A program made the translations under genes and the position numbers. From the NCBI RefSeq assembly GCF_009914755.1, contig NC_060928.1: a stretch of DNA of 64,000 nucleotides. One strand, 5' to 3'. This DNA comes from the human T2T-CHM13v2.0 reference genome, Homo sapiens. Below the pieces are notes generated by a model. That model saw only the letters and a list, made by a program, of their open reading frames with translations, ran no database searches and was not told where the DNA came from. Position 1 is the first letter of the stretch. Every line of letters begins with the position of its first letter. Positions 1 to 15,399 of this stretch are shown piece by piece.

Positions 1-2090
1 TTACCCACCCATAACCATCATACTTCTTAACGCCCCACACACGACATTACCCACCCATAACCATCATACTTCCTAACACCCCACACACAACATTACCCAC
101 CCATAACCATCATACTTCCTAACGCCCCACACACGACATTACCCACCCATAACCATCATACTTCCTAACGCCCCACACACAACATTACCCACCCATAACC
201 ATCATACTTCCTAACACCCCACACACGACATTACCCACCCATAACCATCATACTTCCTAACGCCCCACACACGACATTACCCACCCATAACCATCATACT
301 TCCTAACGCCCCACACACGACATTACCCACCCATAACCATCATACTTCCTAACGCCCCACACACGACATTACCCACCCATAACCATCATACTTCCTAACG
401 CCCCACACACGACATTACCCACCCATAACCATCATACTTCCTAACGCCCCACACACGACATTACCCACCCATAACCATCATACTTCCTAACGCCCCACAC
501 ACGACATTACCCACCCATAACCATCATACTTCCTAACGCCGCACACACGACATTACCCACCCATAACCACCGTACTTCCTAACGCCCCACACACGACATT
601 ACCCACCCATAACCATCATACTTCCTAACGCCGCACACACGGCATTACCCACCCATAACCATCATACTTCCTAACGCCCCACACACGGCATTACCCACTC
701 ATAACCATCATACTTCCTAACACCCCACACACGACATTACCCACCCATAACCATCATACTTCCTAACGCTGCACACACGGCATTACCCACTCATAACCAT
801 CATACTTCCTAACGCCCCACACACGGCATTACCCACTCATAACCATCATACTTCCTAACGCCCCACACACGACATTACCCACCCATAACCATCATACTAC
901 CTAACGCCCCACACACGACATTACCCACCCATAACCATCATACTTCCTAACGCCCCACACACGACATTACCCACTCATAACCATCATACTTCCTAACGCC
1001 CCACACACGACATTACCCACCCATAACCATCATACTTCCTAACGCCCCACACACGACATTACCCACCCATAACCATCATACTACCTAACGCCGCACACAC
1101 GACATTACCCACCCATAACCATCATACTTCCTAACGCCCCACACACGACATTACCCACCCATAAGTATCATACTTCCTAACGCTGTGCACACGACATTAC
1201 CCACCCATAACCATCATACTTCCTAACGCCCCACACACGACATTACCCACCCATAACCATCATACTTCCTAACGCCCCACACACGACATTACCCACCCAT
1301 AACCATCATACTTCCTAACGCCCCACACACGACATTACCCACTCATAACCATCATACTTCCTAACGCCCCACACACGACATTACCCACCCATAACCATCA
1401 TACTTCCTAACTCCGCACACACGACATTACCCACTCATAACCATCATACTTCCTAACGCTGTGCACACATGGCATTACCCACCCATAACCATCATACTTC
1501 CTAATGCCGCACACATGACATTACCCACTCATAACCATCATACTTCCTAACGCCCCACACACGGCATTACCCACCCATAACCATCATACTTCCTAACGCC
1601 CCACACACGACATTACCCACCCATAACCATCATACTTCCTAACGCCCCACAGACGGCATTACCCACCCATAACCATCATACTTCCTAACGCCATGCACAC
1701 ATGGCATTACCCACCTATAACCACCGTACTTCCTAACGATATGAACATATGGCATTACCCACCCATAACCATCATACTTCCTAACGCCGTGCACATATGG
1801 CATTACCCACCCATAACCACCGTACTTCCTAACGATGTGAACACATGGCATTACCCACCCATAACCATCATACTTCCTAACGCCGCACACACGACATTAC
1901 CCACCCATAACCATCATACTTCCTAACGCCGTGCACACATGGCATTACCCACCCATAACCACCGTACTTCTTAACGATGTGAACACATGGCATTACCCAC
2001 CCATAACCACCGTACTTCCTAACGATGTGAACACATGGCATTACCCACCCATAATCATCATACTTCCCAATGCACTGCACACACGGCACA
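1..2090. repeat. VNTR/minisatellite, 46-bp unit, about 45 copies, truncated by the window start
   Basis: Unit TTACCCACCCATAACCATCATACTTCCTAACGCCCCACACACGACA recurs at 1, 47, 93 and onward; the 3' units are more diverged. Confidence 0.98.
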
Positions 2091-2435
2091 ACTGCAAGTG
2101 TTCCTACCTAGTTTCAGTATCATTTTAAACATTTTCTAGTTCGACTTGGTCATAAAAATAAAGTTTAGAAATTACTTTGTGCCCTTTTTGTAGAAAAGAA
2201 ATAAAGCATTTTGAAATGTTAACACAGTGGGCTGGGTCCAATATATTAAACACGGAAACTTTAATGAATAGTAGATACACAGCAATCTTCCCAGCTGTGA
2301 TTCCTGGAGATTTTTTGGACTGAATTCATACCTGGCATTCTAGACAAAGGAGGGGAAAGAAAGTATGAATGGACAAAAGGCCAAGCTAAGAAGGCAGCAA
2401 AGCTTTTTTAATTCAAATTGTAAGAAATAGTTTGT

Positions 2436-4863
2436 TTCAACAGAATGAAGGATAAAAGCCATATGATCATTTCAATTGATGCTGAAAAAACGTTTGATAA
2501 AATTCAACATCACAACAAGATAAAAACCCTCAAAGAACTGGGTATAGAAGGAACATAACTCAACATAATAAAGGCCATATACAACAGACCCACATTAGTA
2601 TCATACTGAATGGGGAAAAACTGAAAGCCTTTCCTCTAAGATCTGGAACATGACAAGGATGACCACTTTCACCACTGTTATTCAACGTAGTACTAGAAGT
2701 CCTAGCTAGCGCAATCAGAGTAGAGGAAGATGTAAAGGACATCCAAATTGGAAAGGAAGAAGTCAAATTATCCTTGTTTGCTGATACTGTAATTTTATAT
2801 TTAGAAAAACCTAAAGACCCACAAGACTATTAGAACTGATAAATTCAGTAAAGTTGCAGGATACAAAATCAACATATAAAAATCAGTAGCATTTCTATAT
2901 GCCAACCGTGAATAATGTGAAAAAGAAATGTAGAAAGTGATCCCATTTACAATAGCCACACATAAAATTAAATACTTAGGAATTAACCAAAGAAGCGAAA
3001 GTTCTCTGTAATGAAAACAGTAAAACACTGATGAAGGAAATTGAAGAGGACACCAAAAAATAGAAAAATATTCCATGTACATGGATTGGAAGAATTAAAA
3101 TTGTTAAAAATGTTCATACTATCCAAAGGAATCTACAGATTCAATGCAATCCCTATCAAAATACCAGTGATGTTCTTCACAGAAATAGAAAAAACAATCC
3201 TAAAATTTATATGGAACCACAAAAGGTCTAGAATAGCCAAAGCTATCCTAAGCAAAAAGAACAAAACTAGAGAAAATCACATTACCTCACTTCAAATTAT
3301 ACTACAGAGCTATAGTAACCAAAACAGCATGGTACTGACATAAAAATGGACACATAGACCAATGGAACAGAAGAGAGAACCCAGAAACAAATCCACACAC
3401 CTACAGTGAACTCATTTTTTACAAAGGTGCCAAGAACATACACTGGGGAAAAGACAGTCTCTTCAATAAATGGTGCCAGGAAAACTGGATGTCAATATGT
3501 GAAAGAATGAAACTAGACCCATATCTCTCACCAAACACAAAAAGCAAATAAAAAGAAATTAAATAATTAAATATAAGACCTCAAACTATGAAACTATTAC
3601 AAGAAACACTGGGGGAAAATCTCCAGGACATTGAATCTCCAGGTCTGAGCAAAGACTTCTTGAGTAATACCCCACAAACACAGTCAACCAAAGCAAAAAT
3701 GGACAAATGGAATCACATGAAGTTAAAAGACTTCTGCACAGCAAAGGATATAATCAACAAAGTAAAGAGACGATCCACAGAATGGGAGAAAATATTAGCA
3801 AACAACCCCTCTGACAAGTGATTAATGACCAGAATATATAAAGAGCTCAAAAAACTCTACAGGAAAAAAATGTAATAATCCAATCAAAAACTGGGCAAAA
3901 GATTTGAATAGACATTTCTGAAAAGAAGACATACAAATGGCAAACAAGCATATGAAAAGGTGCTCAACATCATTGATCATTAGAGAAGAGCAAATCAAAA
4001 CTACAGTGAGATGTCATCAAATCCCAGTTAAAATGGCTTATATCCGAAAGACAGGTAATAATAAATGCTGATAAGGTTGTGGAGAAAAGGGAACCCTTGT
4101 ACACTGTTGGTGGGAAAGTAAATTAATACAATCACTATGCAGAACAGTTTGGAGGTTCCTCAAAAAACTAAAAGTTGAGCTATCATATGAGCCTGCAATC
4201 CCACTGCTGGGAATGTGCCCAAAACAAAGGAAATCAGTATTGTAGAGATATCTGTACTCCTATGTTCGTTGCAGCACAGTTTGCAATAGCTAAGATTTGG
4301 AAGCAACCTATGTGTCCATCAACAGATGAATGGATAAAGAAAATGTGGTACGTATACACAATGGGGTACTATTCAGCCATAAAAAAGGAATGAGATCCAG
4401 TCATTTGCAACACCATAGATGTAACTGGAGATCATTGTGTTAAGTGAAATAAGCCAGGAATAGAAAGACAGACATCACATGTTCTCACTTATTTGTGGGA
4501 TCTAAAAATCAAATCAATTCACCTTATGGACCTAGAGAATAGAAGGATGGTTACCAGACACTGGGAAAGGTAATGGAGGATTGAGCAGACATAGGGATGG
4601 TTAATGGGTACAAAAAAATAGAAAGAATGAATAAGACCTACTATTTGATAGCATAATAGGGTGACTATAGTTAATAATAACAATTATATATTTTAAAATA
4701 ACTTAAAGAATGTAATTAGATTGCTTGTAAATCAAAGGATAAATGCTTAAGAAGATAAATACCCCTTCTCCATGATATGCTGATTTCACATTGCATGGCT
4801 GTATCACAAGATCTCATGCACCCCATAAATATATACACCTACTATGTATCCACAAATTTAAAA
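2436..4863 (+). mobile_element. 5'-truncated LINE-1 (L1MA1/2-like): ORF2 3' half plus 3' UTR
   Basis: Frameshifted ORF2 peptides ([54 protein letters not shown]); L1MA-type 3' UTR; TSD AAATAGTTTGT at 2425-2435 and 4864-4874. Confidence 0.93.
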
Positions 4864-5414
4864 AAATAGTTTGTGGATTAAAAACAAAATGGAACCCTAG
4901 AAATGTGTAACAGTAGTTGTTTTACAGACAGGAATACTAAAGTAGAATACCTCTGCAGTAGGTAGAATACCCAAAAATGTTGAAGTTAATGAGAAAAGCA
5001 ATGGGGAAACAGCAGACACTACCTCTTCCCCAGCTCCTGGGCTAGAAGTAGAATTCTCCATTGCTTTTATGATCGTGAACTACGTTTGTAGAGTGCTTTG
5101 TAGCCTAAAACTTACCTATAATGTGAATTAATTCTTGCAACAAGAATATGTGGTCTGATTCTCACTTTATAAGTGAAAAAACTTAATCTGGTCAGAAAGT
5201 GGTAGCGGAAGCAAGACTTGAACCAAGCTTTCCGGAAGGGATGGAACATGCAGCACAGAGCATTGCTGTTTCCCTCTCATTTCGCAAGCTCTTGTGGGCT
5301 ATTCTGCTCTGTGGAATTCCACTGTGGGACACAGGGAGGGTGAATCTGACATTCTGGAGTAGTGTGGCTCTCAACTGGTTTTGGTGTAAGGACACCTAAA
5401 ACCAAATGATTTCG

Positions 5415-6950
5415 AAGACCTTCTAGTTAAAGATAGTGCAGAAAGAGGCTGTTTCCTTTTTAAAAATCTTTGTATCCCCAACCATTAAAGAAAGAATGGA
5501 TGAAAGGCAAACTCACCAATGAAAACGGACTAATGCAATCCTGAACCCACCTTTTGAAGGCTACCCTTCATAGGCTCAGAAATCTGAATGCAGGGGGATG
5601 CTGAGAGTCAACATAATTTCTTCAGAGCTCAGTAAACACATTTCCCCAAAGCCCATTGCTGAAAGTGATCTCCAAGGGGGAAGCAGGGTGAAATAATGAG
5701 GGAATCAGTGATCTTCAGATCTCAGCATTAAGGAGGTGTGGCTAAGAGCTATTATAGCAAAGCACATACACCTCCTGAGTGTTGAAAGGGAGAGGAAGGC
5801 TGGACACAGTGGCTCATGACAGTAATCTCAGCACTTTGGGAGGCTGAGGCAGGAGGATCACTTGAGCCCAGGAAGTTGAGGCTGCAGTGAGCTGAGATTA
5901 CACCACTGTACTCCAACCTGGGCAACAAAGTAAGACCCTGTCTCTAAAAACAAAAACATAAATGAAAACAAACAACAACCAGAAAAAAGAAAGAAAGAAA
6001 AGGAGAAATAAGTTACCAATGGAAAAAAAATGACAGATTTACTAAAAGTATTTTGGAGATGGCAAATCCAAACAGAACTGCTTCACATCACTTCCTCTCC
6101 CTAACTCCCCTCCCCTCTGTCCCTGCCTTTGTTATTCCCATTTTTGTTTACTTACTAATTTATCCAATACCTGCATGATAAATAATTAAAATGAATAATG
6201 AAAATGAACCAACATGGAATCTACTGCAGAGGTTTTAATTGGAAAAAGAATAAAAGCAAAAGGCTGATGAAAAAAAATACCATGCAAGATAAATTAACCA
6301 AGGAAACGGAAGAATTCTAACAGCCCTTTCCTTTCAGAGACAACTCTTCCCCTCCAACCCTATGAATTCACAAAGCCAAGGGCTTAAATATATATTAAAA
6401 TATAGTAGAAGATTATCTAGCAGGGCCTTTGGAAACAAAGATAATAGAAGATTTTAAAAAATAATAGAAGATTAAATGAACTGAAAGAACTCCAATAACA
6501 AAGGAAAGCAAAATATAAAAACTTTATAAAGATAAAAAGCAACATAAAAAACAGAATTTAAAAACTAAAATACGAGGAAACAGTTAACAGCTGTAATGAA
6601 GTCATACAGAATAAAATGTAAAAGAAAAACTATAAAAATAATTAGTAATAAATATGAAACAAAGAGTTCAAATACATTTTAAGTGACGTTCCTGAAAAAT
6701 AAAGCTTTTTTTTTTTTTCAAAAATAGAGTAAAAACAAGGATTACATAAGCTTCCAGATACAGAAAACGAGTCAGGTTCTTGAGGGAAAAGATCTGGGTA
6801 GCCTCAAAAACGTGCACAGTAAGACTAAGTGCCAGAAGGCAGGTCAGCAATGTCTAGAGTTTATAACCATGAATTTTATAGTCAGTTTAGCTTCCTTACA
6901 GTTACAAAGAGATCAGGCATTTTTAAACATTAAAAGCTGAAGGAAGATAA
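5415..6950 (+). mobile_element. Highly decayed old L1M 5'/ORF1-region fragments, interrupted by an Alu monomer
   Basis: A-rich; ORF1-like segment around 6760-6900 (GCCAGAAGGCAGGTCAGCAATGTC..ATGAATTTTATA). Confidence 0.45.
5798..5960 (+). mobile_element. Alu monomer-length element (FLAM/FRAM-like, or internally deleted AluJ)
   Basis: Alu 5' end GGCTGGACACAGTGGCTCA joined directly to right-arm 3' sequence and an A tail. Confidence 0.85.
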
Positions 6951-6954
6951 TGAT

Positions 6955-7440
6955 AGTTATTGCTGTATAACTAAACATCCTAAATGTAGTGTCCTTAGAA
7001 ACCCCAACTTTTATCTTGCTCATGAATCAGACCTGGCTGGCTGGGATAACTCATTCTGCTTTACTCAGCATCAGCTGAAGAAGCCTGGAGCTAGGGGCTG
7101 GGTCATCGGGGGGTTCCCTTACTCATGTGTCCGATGTCTGGGCAGGAAAGTTTCAAACATCTGTGAGCTGGAACTGCTGGGGCTCATCTATTCTCTCTCC
7201 ATGGTTGCTCCAATATGGTGGCTTCAGAATAGCCTGACTTCCTACATGTCAACCCAGGGCTTCAAGTTGCAGGCCACGAAGGAGAACATCTGGAGGAAGC
7301 TGCGTCAGCCCTTGTTGTCTACCACGCCATCCTTCCATCAGTCACAGAAGACCACCCTGACTCAAGGGAATAGGAAATAGATTCTGCTGGATAGGGAATG
7401 CCAAGGTTCTGAAAGAACATGTAGGGCTTCAAATATGGAT
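6955..7440. mobile_element. MaLR (MLT1-like) LTR remnant
   Basis: TTGCTGTATAACTAAACATCCTAAA..TTTTATCTTGCTCATGAATC resembles the MLT1 terminus. Confidence 0.55.
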
Positions 7441-7744
7441 GCAACTTACCAGAATAATATTGAAAATTCTCAACTGTACAGTGAAATTCAACCAAGAATC
7501 AAACTGAGTAAAAAATCCACAGTATAAAAAATGCTAATGTTAATTTTTAATGCATTAGAGATTGGATCGATGGTCCAACATCTGGCTCTTCTACCATCCT
7601 ACTTCGTCTGAGTCTTCTGTCCTTGATTCATCTTTCATCCAGTCGGGACTCCAGGGTCAACCACTCCATGAATCTCTTAAAATATCCTCAATTCCTTTTT
7701 TCCCTTCTTTTCCAGATGTCACACAAAATCTCGACCCTGGGTCA

Positions 7745-8137
<393 letters not shown>

Positions 8138-8283
8138 TTAGTTTCCTTACATTGTTTTATGTTTACCATAAAACAATGCAGAATATAGTCACTATAAATT
8201 CATAGTCTTCGACCTTGAATAAGACTTCAAAGCTGCCTACAATTCCTATTTATTCTCTTTCTCCATGACAATTATATCAATGC

Positions 8284-8667
<384 letters not shown>

Positions 8668-8794
8668 TAGAGACCCTCAAATAGATGCACCCTCAACGCT
8701 CCTCCATTATATTTACAATCTTGGCTGAAAGTGGCAATGATGAGGGTGAGGAACAAAGGTCCATGCCTCCTCCAGACCATGCTGTAAACCACCT

Positions 8795-8990
8795 CTGCTG
8801 CTTCTCAGAGTGGGTGCTATTGGCATTTTGGATACAGCGATTTTCTTGTTAGATTTTCCCACATATTGTAATACTTTTAGCATCTCTATCCCTAGAACAA
8901 CATAAACCATTAGCAAGTCAAGTCACTGAAATAGGCAATACATATCCTGAGATATTCATAAAAGCCCCTCAAGGATTGGGACTTGGTTGA
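8795..8990. mobile_element. hAT-Charlie (MER3/MER20-like) DNA transposon remnant
   Basis: CTTCTCAGAGTGGGTGCTATTGGCATTTTGG..TTTAGCATCTCT pattern. Confidence 0.45.
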
Positions 8991-9004
8991 GATTTTCAGA
9001 CCGG

Positions 9005-9135
9005 TAAACCCTTTGTGTTACAGATGAAGAAACCGAGGTCCAGAGCACCCAAATCAGTTTCCCAAGAGCATGGTTTAATAGCACTGGGACCGGCAGCCAG
9101 GTGTACTGGCGTTATGCCCCAGGCTCCTTCTACTA
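9005..9135. mobile_element. MIR fragment
   Basis: MIR core TTACAGATGAAGAAACCGAGG. Confidence 0.65.
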
Positions 9136-11284
9136 GGCGACAGGTTCTGCTCAACTCCACAGCTGAAACTGTTTATGTTAAAAATAACACTTAAGCTGTA
9201 ATGGATGTCAAAATAATACCTGATCCAATGAAAATGAGCAAACCTTTATAATAATAAGCAAATAAATAAATATGTCTGCAAGGAGAGGTGTGCATGAATT
9301 AAATATTAATTTCAAACAAATATTAATTCTAAAAATGTCTATATTAATGTTTTCTCAAATAGAAAAACTTATACCAGTTAATAAGCACACTATATCCACT
9401 CTGATGCTTTTAAGTGTTAAAAAATATCATATTCAGTAAAAAATGTTTTCTTTAAAGAATTCCTTATTCTCTTTCTGCACCACTTATCAAATATCTTATT
9501 TTTTTGTATTTCATTTTAAGATATAGTCGAGTTATTTATTTGACTATATAAAGTAATATTGAATCTTCTACTCTCATTAGTAACCTAATTCTTCAATTTC
9601 TCTGATTTTTCTTGAACGGTATGTCATCAAAGTGACTATCATTTTAGCTAAATACATTGTCATATATGAGCAACATTGCATATTGATAGAATTTCTGAAA
9701 TTTCTTTTACTTTATTTGACATATTTTACACTAAAAAAAATCAATATAACTGATAGGACTTCTTAAATTGCCTATTTTAAAAAAATGTATTACCTCTACA
9801 ATTGTAAGTAATTTGGAAGCCCTGGTACAACCTATACAGTGTTTTTGAATTTGATTCTGAGTGGACAGCTGTAGGAGGGAGAATTACTGAATCACAAAAT
9901 GAAACAGATCACAGCACTGATTGGGCCCTACTTCTTATCAAAAGAGGCTCTTCATACACTTAACTCAGCAAGTCACTGTTGAGCACTGGAAATCGTGGAG
10001 CTAGGTCCATCCTCACTCCCCTCCCTGTCCAAATGAGAGGAGGAAATGCCCAAACTATTATCTTTCCAAACCTGAGCCGTCTTTTTGTCGCCTCCATCAC
10101 ATGATCAGATTTTTTGTGTGCTCACTGTACTCATTCTTCCCCCTTTTTCTATCATGGATACATCCCAGCCTTTTACATCAGAAATGTGCTCAGTTTTTTT
10201 CCCTCCCCAATCTTCTACCACCCTTTGCTTTCATTTATTCCTTAAACGACTATCCCTTTTCTTTTCCCTCGTTCATCAACAACGTTTTGAGAAAGTCCAA
10301 CGTGAACTTCAAAGCCCAACTGATTATAAATGCTTCCCTCTCTCAATGCTTCCCTGGCCACCATTCAGAATCGGTGCGCCACCTAGAAAACTATCTTTTA
10401 GACAGTCGTTACTGAGGGATTGTTTTTGAAGTTAGTAAAATAAAATACACTCCCTGGTTCTCCTGATAATCACGGAAATCGTTTGCTATAAAGCTATTTC
10501 AATAAAGCAATAATAGAAAAACAAACATCAGGAAGGAACAATGAGCTCTGAGAGGACCTAGGAACATTAGGGGTAGGAAGATGAATTTAAACTATGCCTC
10601 GAGGACAAATAAGGATGTTGCTGACGGTGCCAAAGGTGGGGAGAAAAGGACAATAAGACAAACAGCATGAGCAAAGGCATTAAAATACGACATCCATGAC
10701 TCACTCAGTGTATTTAAAGATAAAATGTTTAAATGTATTTTCCAGGTGTTACATGGTCCTTAATGATTTTTCAAATCCTTCAGTATATAACATGCAGGCT
10801 CATTTGGTTTTCATTTACACACTGTCTCTGTAATTCTGTCATACTTGCCTCAAGTGACTTTATCGTGGAAGAGGACCTGCAGGGAAGCACATAGCACAGG
10901 TTGCAGGACAGCTTCGTGGCTCTTGGCTAATTCGAGAATGTATGAGTGGCAGAATTCCATATAGTTATTCTCATCCTAACATACTACATGGAAGCAAGAT
11001 TGTAAAGAAGGAACACTTGCCTACCTTTAAATACAAAAGGTGACCAATATTTACCAAAAAGAATCTTGCAGTTGTTGTGAACAACCAAATTCATGTAGAA
11101 CAGTTTGCAATAACAGCTATTAAGAAAACAAATGGTCTGTTATTCAGACCAGAACTCCTGTTGCTCTTTAGATGACAAATGCATGACGCTTTAAATGTAT
11201 GTACGAAAAATAAATCTTTTAGAAGCCTTTCAAAAATACTTCTAATTTAGAGTTTCTGACTCAGCCTCTCAACTTTCATTCCTT

Positions 11285-11410
11285 CATAATTCACTCATCC
11301 ATAATAATATTTATTAGAATCTACCTCTGTATAAGGCCCTTTCTAGGAGTCAGGGATGAAGTGGGGAATAAGGTAGACCAGGTCCCTGCCCTCATAGCAA
11401 CCATATTCTA
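11285..11410 (-). mobile_element. L2 3'-end fragment
   Basis: TTCACTCATCC..ATATTTATT..GGTCCCTGCCCTCATAG. Confidence 0.6.
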
Positions 11411-12044
11411 GGGAAGCAAAAAAGATTTGCTTTTCAAGCATTCCAAGATTGCTAATTATTTTCCTGGTTTCCCACATGGTTGTTGAGAAACCAAACAAAA
11501 CTTGTCTTTGGTGTATATTCTTTCTATTCTTTAAAAATTTTGTACATTAGCAAAACACATTCACTAAAGCAAATAATTTTTCTTGGTTAAGTAATTTGGT
11601 TATTCTTACCAAAGATATAGAGACCTTCCTTCAATAAACTATAAACATTTTCAGCGAATAACTAATCAGAGTTTATGTGAGTTTTTTCCAAATATGCACA
11701 ACTCATAGTAGCAAAATATTTGCAAACTCAGTAATCATAAGTTAAACCATAACGATGATGACATATTTTGAAACATTTCTTTGTTTAGTACCTTGAATAT
11801 GCCACACACTATCCTAAAAGAAAAAAAGTGAAGATTCAAAAGCAGTGAGAGAAAATTTCCCTGTACAGTACACAAAGTTGTATGTACTTCAGTGGGGTTG
11901 GTGTTTTTCTCCAGGAGCGTCTACCAGCACAGCTTTGATCCCTTCATCAACAATATCCTAAAATTCAACGCTTTTATGGTTACAATACTGCCTTTCCAAA
12001 GGCATGTCAGCTAGATCCAGCATACAGTTTTTGGCACAATTTAT

Positions 12045-12176
12045 TTCCTTCCTTCCTTCCTTCCTTCCTTCCTTCCTTCCTTCCGCCTGCCCTCCCTCCC
12101 TCCCTCCCTCTCTCTCCCTTTCTTTCTTTTCTTTTCTTTTCTTTTCTTTTCTTTTCTTTCTTTCTTTCTTTCTCTT

Positions 12177-12207
<31 letters not shown>

Positions 12208-12210
12208 TCT
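12045..12210. repeat. Compound (TTCC)10/(CTCC)n/(CTTTT)n/(CTTT)n microsatellite derived from an Alu tail
   Basis: Near-pure pyrimidine tract abutting the 3' end of the minus-strand Alu. Confidence 0.95.
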
Positions 12211-12492
<282 letters not shown>

Positions 12493-14030
12493 TCTCTATT
12501 TTTAACTGTGCAACAAAAGATATTCCACAAGAAGGTAACTTCAGTTCCAATTGTTTGTTCTGTGAGAACTTGGTTTAGAGATAGGGTTGGTAAATTGTTA
12601 AAAGTGTGTGGTATTTTTAGTCATTTCCCAATTTGCTAAATTACAAAGGACTAGCTTTTTGATAGATTACTGGGTGGCCAATCTGATTGATAAGAAGCTC
12701 AAAGACAAGTCTGATCCTCAATTACACATTTTTAATCCTCGAAGCCAGAGGGTTAGTCTTTTCTTTAACTTCCTTTTTAATTAATTTTATTAATCTGTTG
12801 CAGATGTTCTTCTGATATATCCATGTTCGTCAAGGAAGATGGACATGAAAGCTAATGTCTTGGCACAAGATTACGTCTAAAGCCCACAACTTAAAATGAG
12901 ATGGGCTAAACTTCACATAAACTGCATACACCTTGGTATCACTCCTCCTCAAAACTACTGTCTCACTACTTACAGACATTCCAGCTTCAGAATCCACGCC
13001 TTATATAAGGTGACTGCCACCTCCTGCTCTCTCAAAATACTTCCCTACTTTTAGGTGTCAAAGGAGCAGTAAAGGGTCTAATCCTATAAAAATTCATTTC
13101 TGCCAATATGCTAGCCCCTCAGGAAACAGTCTTAAATCATTATACAATTTGCATTTCTTAACATTTTAGGTGCCATCTAGGTCAGTGGGGGGAAATCTCT
13201 TTGGGCCAGCCTTTCGATTTTGGTGTCACAGATTGTTTAACAAAGATGACAGCAGTTCCAACCACCAGCGCCAAGGGGCTACTTCCCTCAACACGTCAGA
13301 ATGCACAGGATTAAAAGAAGAGTTTCCCAAAAACATTGTATCTGGTGAACTTAGATTAGGTCGAATCTTCTAACCCAAGCAAAAAGGCATTATCTTGCTT
13401 CCATCCTTATTAAAATCTTGGTGTTTGTTTTACAGTTTTGGTCTTTAAGCTCACAAAACCCAAAGGATTTTTGAATAATTCCCAGTAGTTTTACCATGTA
13501 TAAAAACTGCCTTCAATTTTATAAGCCTCTTTGATCTCTGCTAGGCCAACATGCTGGGGGGATAAATATCAAAATTTAAAAAGAAATTCTCAGCCAGTAA
13601 GAAAAGATAAAGATTAATTCACTATGTTACTGTACATTCAACAATTCACACAGCTCTATTATCACTTTAAGATACCATCCGCTGACCATCATTCTTCCTT
13701 CTAGAGAGGCTTTAGTGGTAAGAAATTAACTAAAAGAGAAAAGGAACTTTTAACCTGTCCTCACAGAGATGATGGGTGGGAAAGAAGATAAAGAAATTTA
13801 TTACTGAAAAATATAAATTGGATCAACATTAGTCACACTAAACAGATTAATGCTTGTTTTCCCAAAGTATTTTTTGGTATTTAGAGTTGCATCCCTGTTC
13901 TCTGCTCACCCTGAGGTAGGCCCAGCCTCTGGGGTTGTGGTTTGAGCAGGATCAGCGCTCCACCAGCCACCTAGTTTCTTTGAGTCTTGAGCATCCTGTT
14001 TTTCCCAGGCAGCCAGAGTCCCCTGATTTC

Positions 14031-14349
14031 TTTTCTGCTTTTTTTTGTTGTTGTTGTTTTCTAATTTAGAAACAGGGTTGCACTTTGTCACCCAGGCTGG
14101 AGCACAGTGGCACAATCATGGCTCACTGCAGCCTGGACTTCCTGTGCTCAAACAGTCCTCCTGCCTCAGCCTTCTGAGGAGCTAGGACTACAGGTGCAAA
14201 CCACCATGCCTGGCTAATTTACTAACTTTTTGTGGAGATGGGGTCTTGCTTTGTTGCCCAGGCTGGTCTCAAGCTCCTGGCACAAGTGATCCACCTGCCT
14301 CAGCCTCCCAAAGCTCTAGGATTACAGGTGTGAGCCACCACACCGGGCC
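14031..14349 (-). mobile_element. Alu (AluJ-like)
   Basis: Reverse dimer; TSD CAGAGTCCC(C)TGATTTCT on both sides. Confidence 0.95.
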
Positions 14350-14824
14350 CAGAGTCCCTGATTTCTGGGGCTTCTTTTCAAGTCGCAATAACAGATGACT
14401 GTGACAAGATGGATATGTAATCACCTGATTTATCCCTTAACCCTGCTCCCTGGAGCAGAGTCAGCTGGAGAATTCAGAGCTGCAGCGCCCAGGTTTCTTA
14501 GGTAGGCAGGCTCAGCTTCCCCCTTTGTATGTGGTTGTTCTTTTCCCTCATGGCATGATTCCTTGCTTGTGGTAAGCTCCTAAACTAATATAAGGTTTTA
14601 GAAATCATTTCACCAAAGTGGTTGCTTTGGTAGAGGAGAGAGAGGGATATATCTGGATATATTTGGTAAAGGAGAGAGAGAGACACGAGAGTGCTGAAAA
14701 TGTGCTATTTCTTAGCCTTCTTAGGCCAAGAGTTACACTGTAACATCGTAGTTACAATGATGTGCCTACTTTGTGACAGATTCATAGAAATGTGCAGTTA
14801 TGATTTGTACGCTTCTGTGTCTTA

Positions 14825-15020
<196 letters not shown>

Positions 15021-15399
15021 GAGAAAGCTACAGAATGGTATCTCTGTGTTATCCTCTGTGATTTGCAAAATGTTTTCTCTGTATACTTTTAAACATACAG
15101 AATATTTCTGGAAAAACATACAAGAACTTAGTATTAATGGTCATCAATAGTGGGAGGTCAGGGAATAATCATGGGATCTTAGTAGAAACCTAATATTTTT
15201 TGTGTAAACTTTTATGTACTCTTTAAATTTCTCAACATTTGTATGCGTATATTTTCAAATAAATCAACATTTACAAAATAAATAAACTAGAACCGAACTG
15301 AACTGAAAAAAGTGGGCACTGTATTAAGGGACAGTTTGTTTGGTGTGGACGAAATGTTCAGAAATGTAGTGATGGACGTATGCAGCAAAGCAAGGAGCA

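Noticed and set aside
1-2090. CRISPR-like or telomeric array (also considered for 41956-43242 and 51240-51838)
   Set aside because: Units are head-to-tail with no unique spacers and no cas genes, the DNA is primate, and there are no TTAGGG runs.
1639-2128. Repetitive ORFs in the 46-bp VNTR
   Set aside because: The unit length is not a multiple of 3, so the peptides are frame-cycling repeat translations.
3041-4393. ORFs similar to L1 ORF2p
   Set aside because: Frameshifted, stop-interrupted fragments of a 5'-truncated L1; not functional CDSs.
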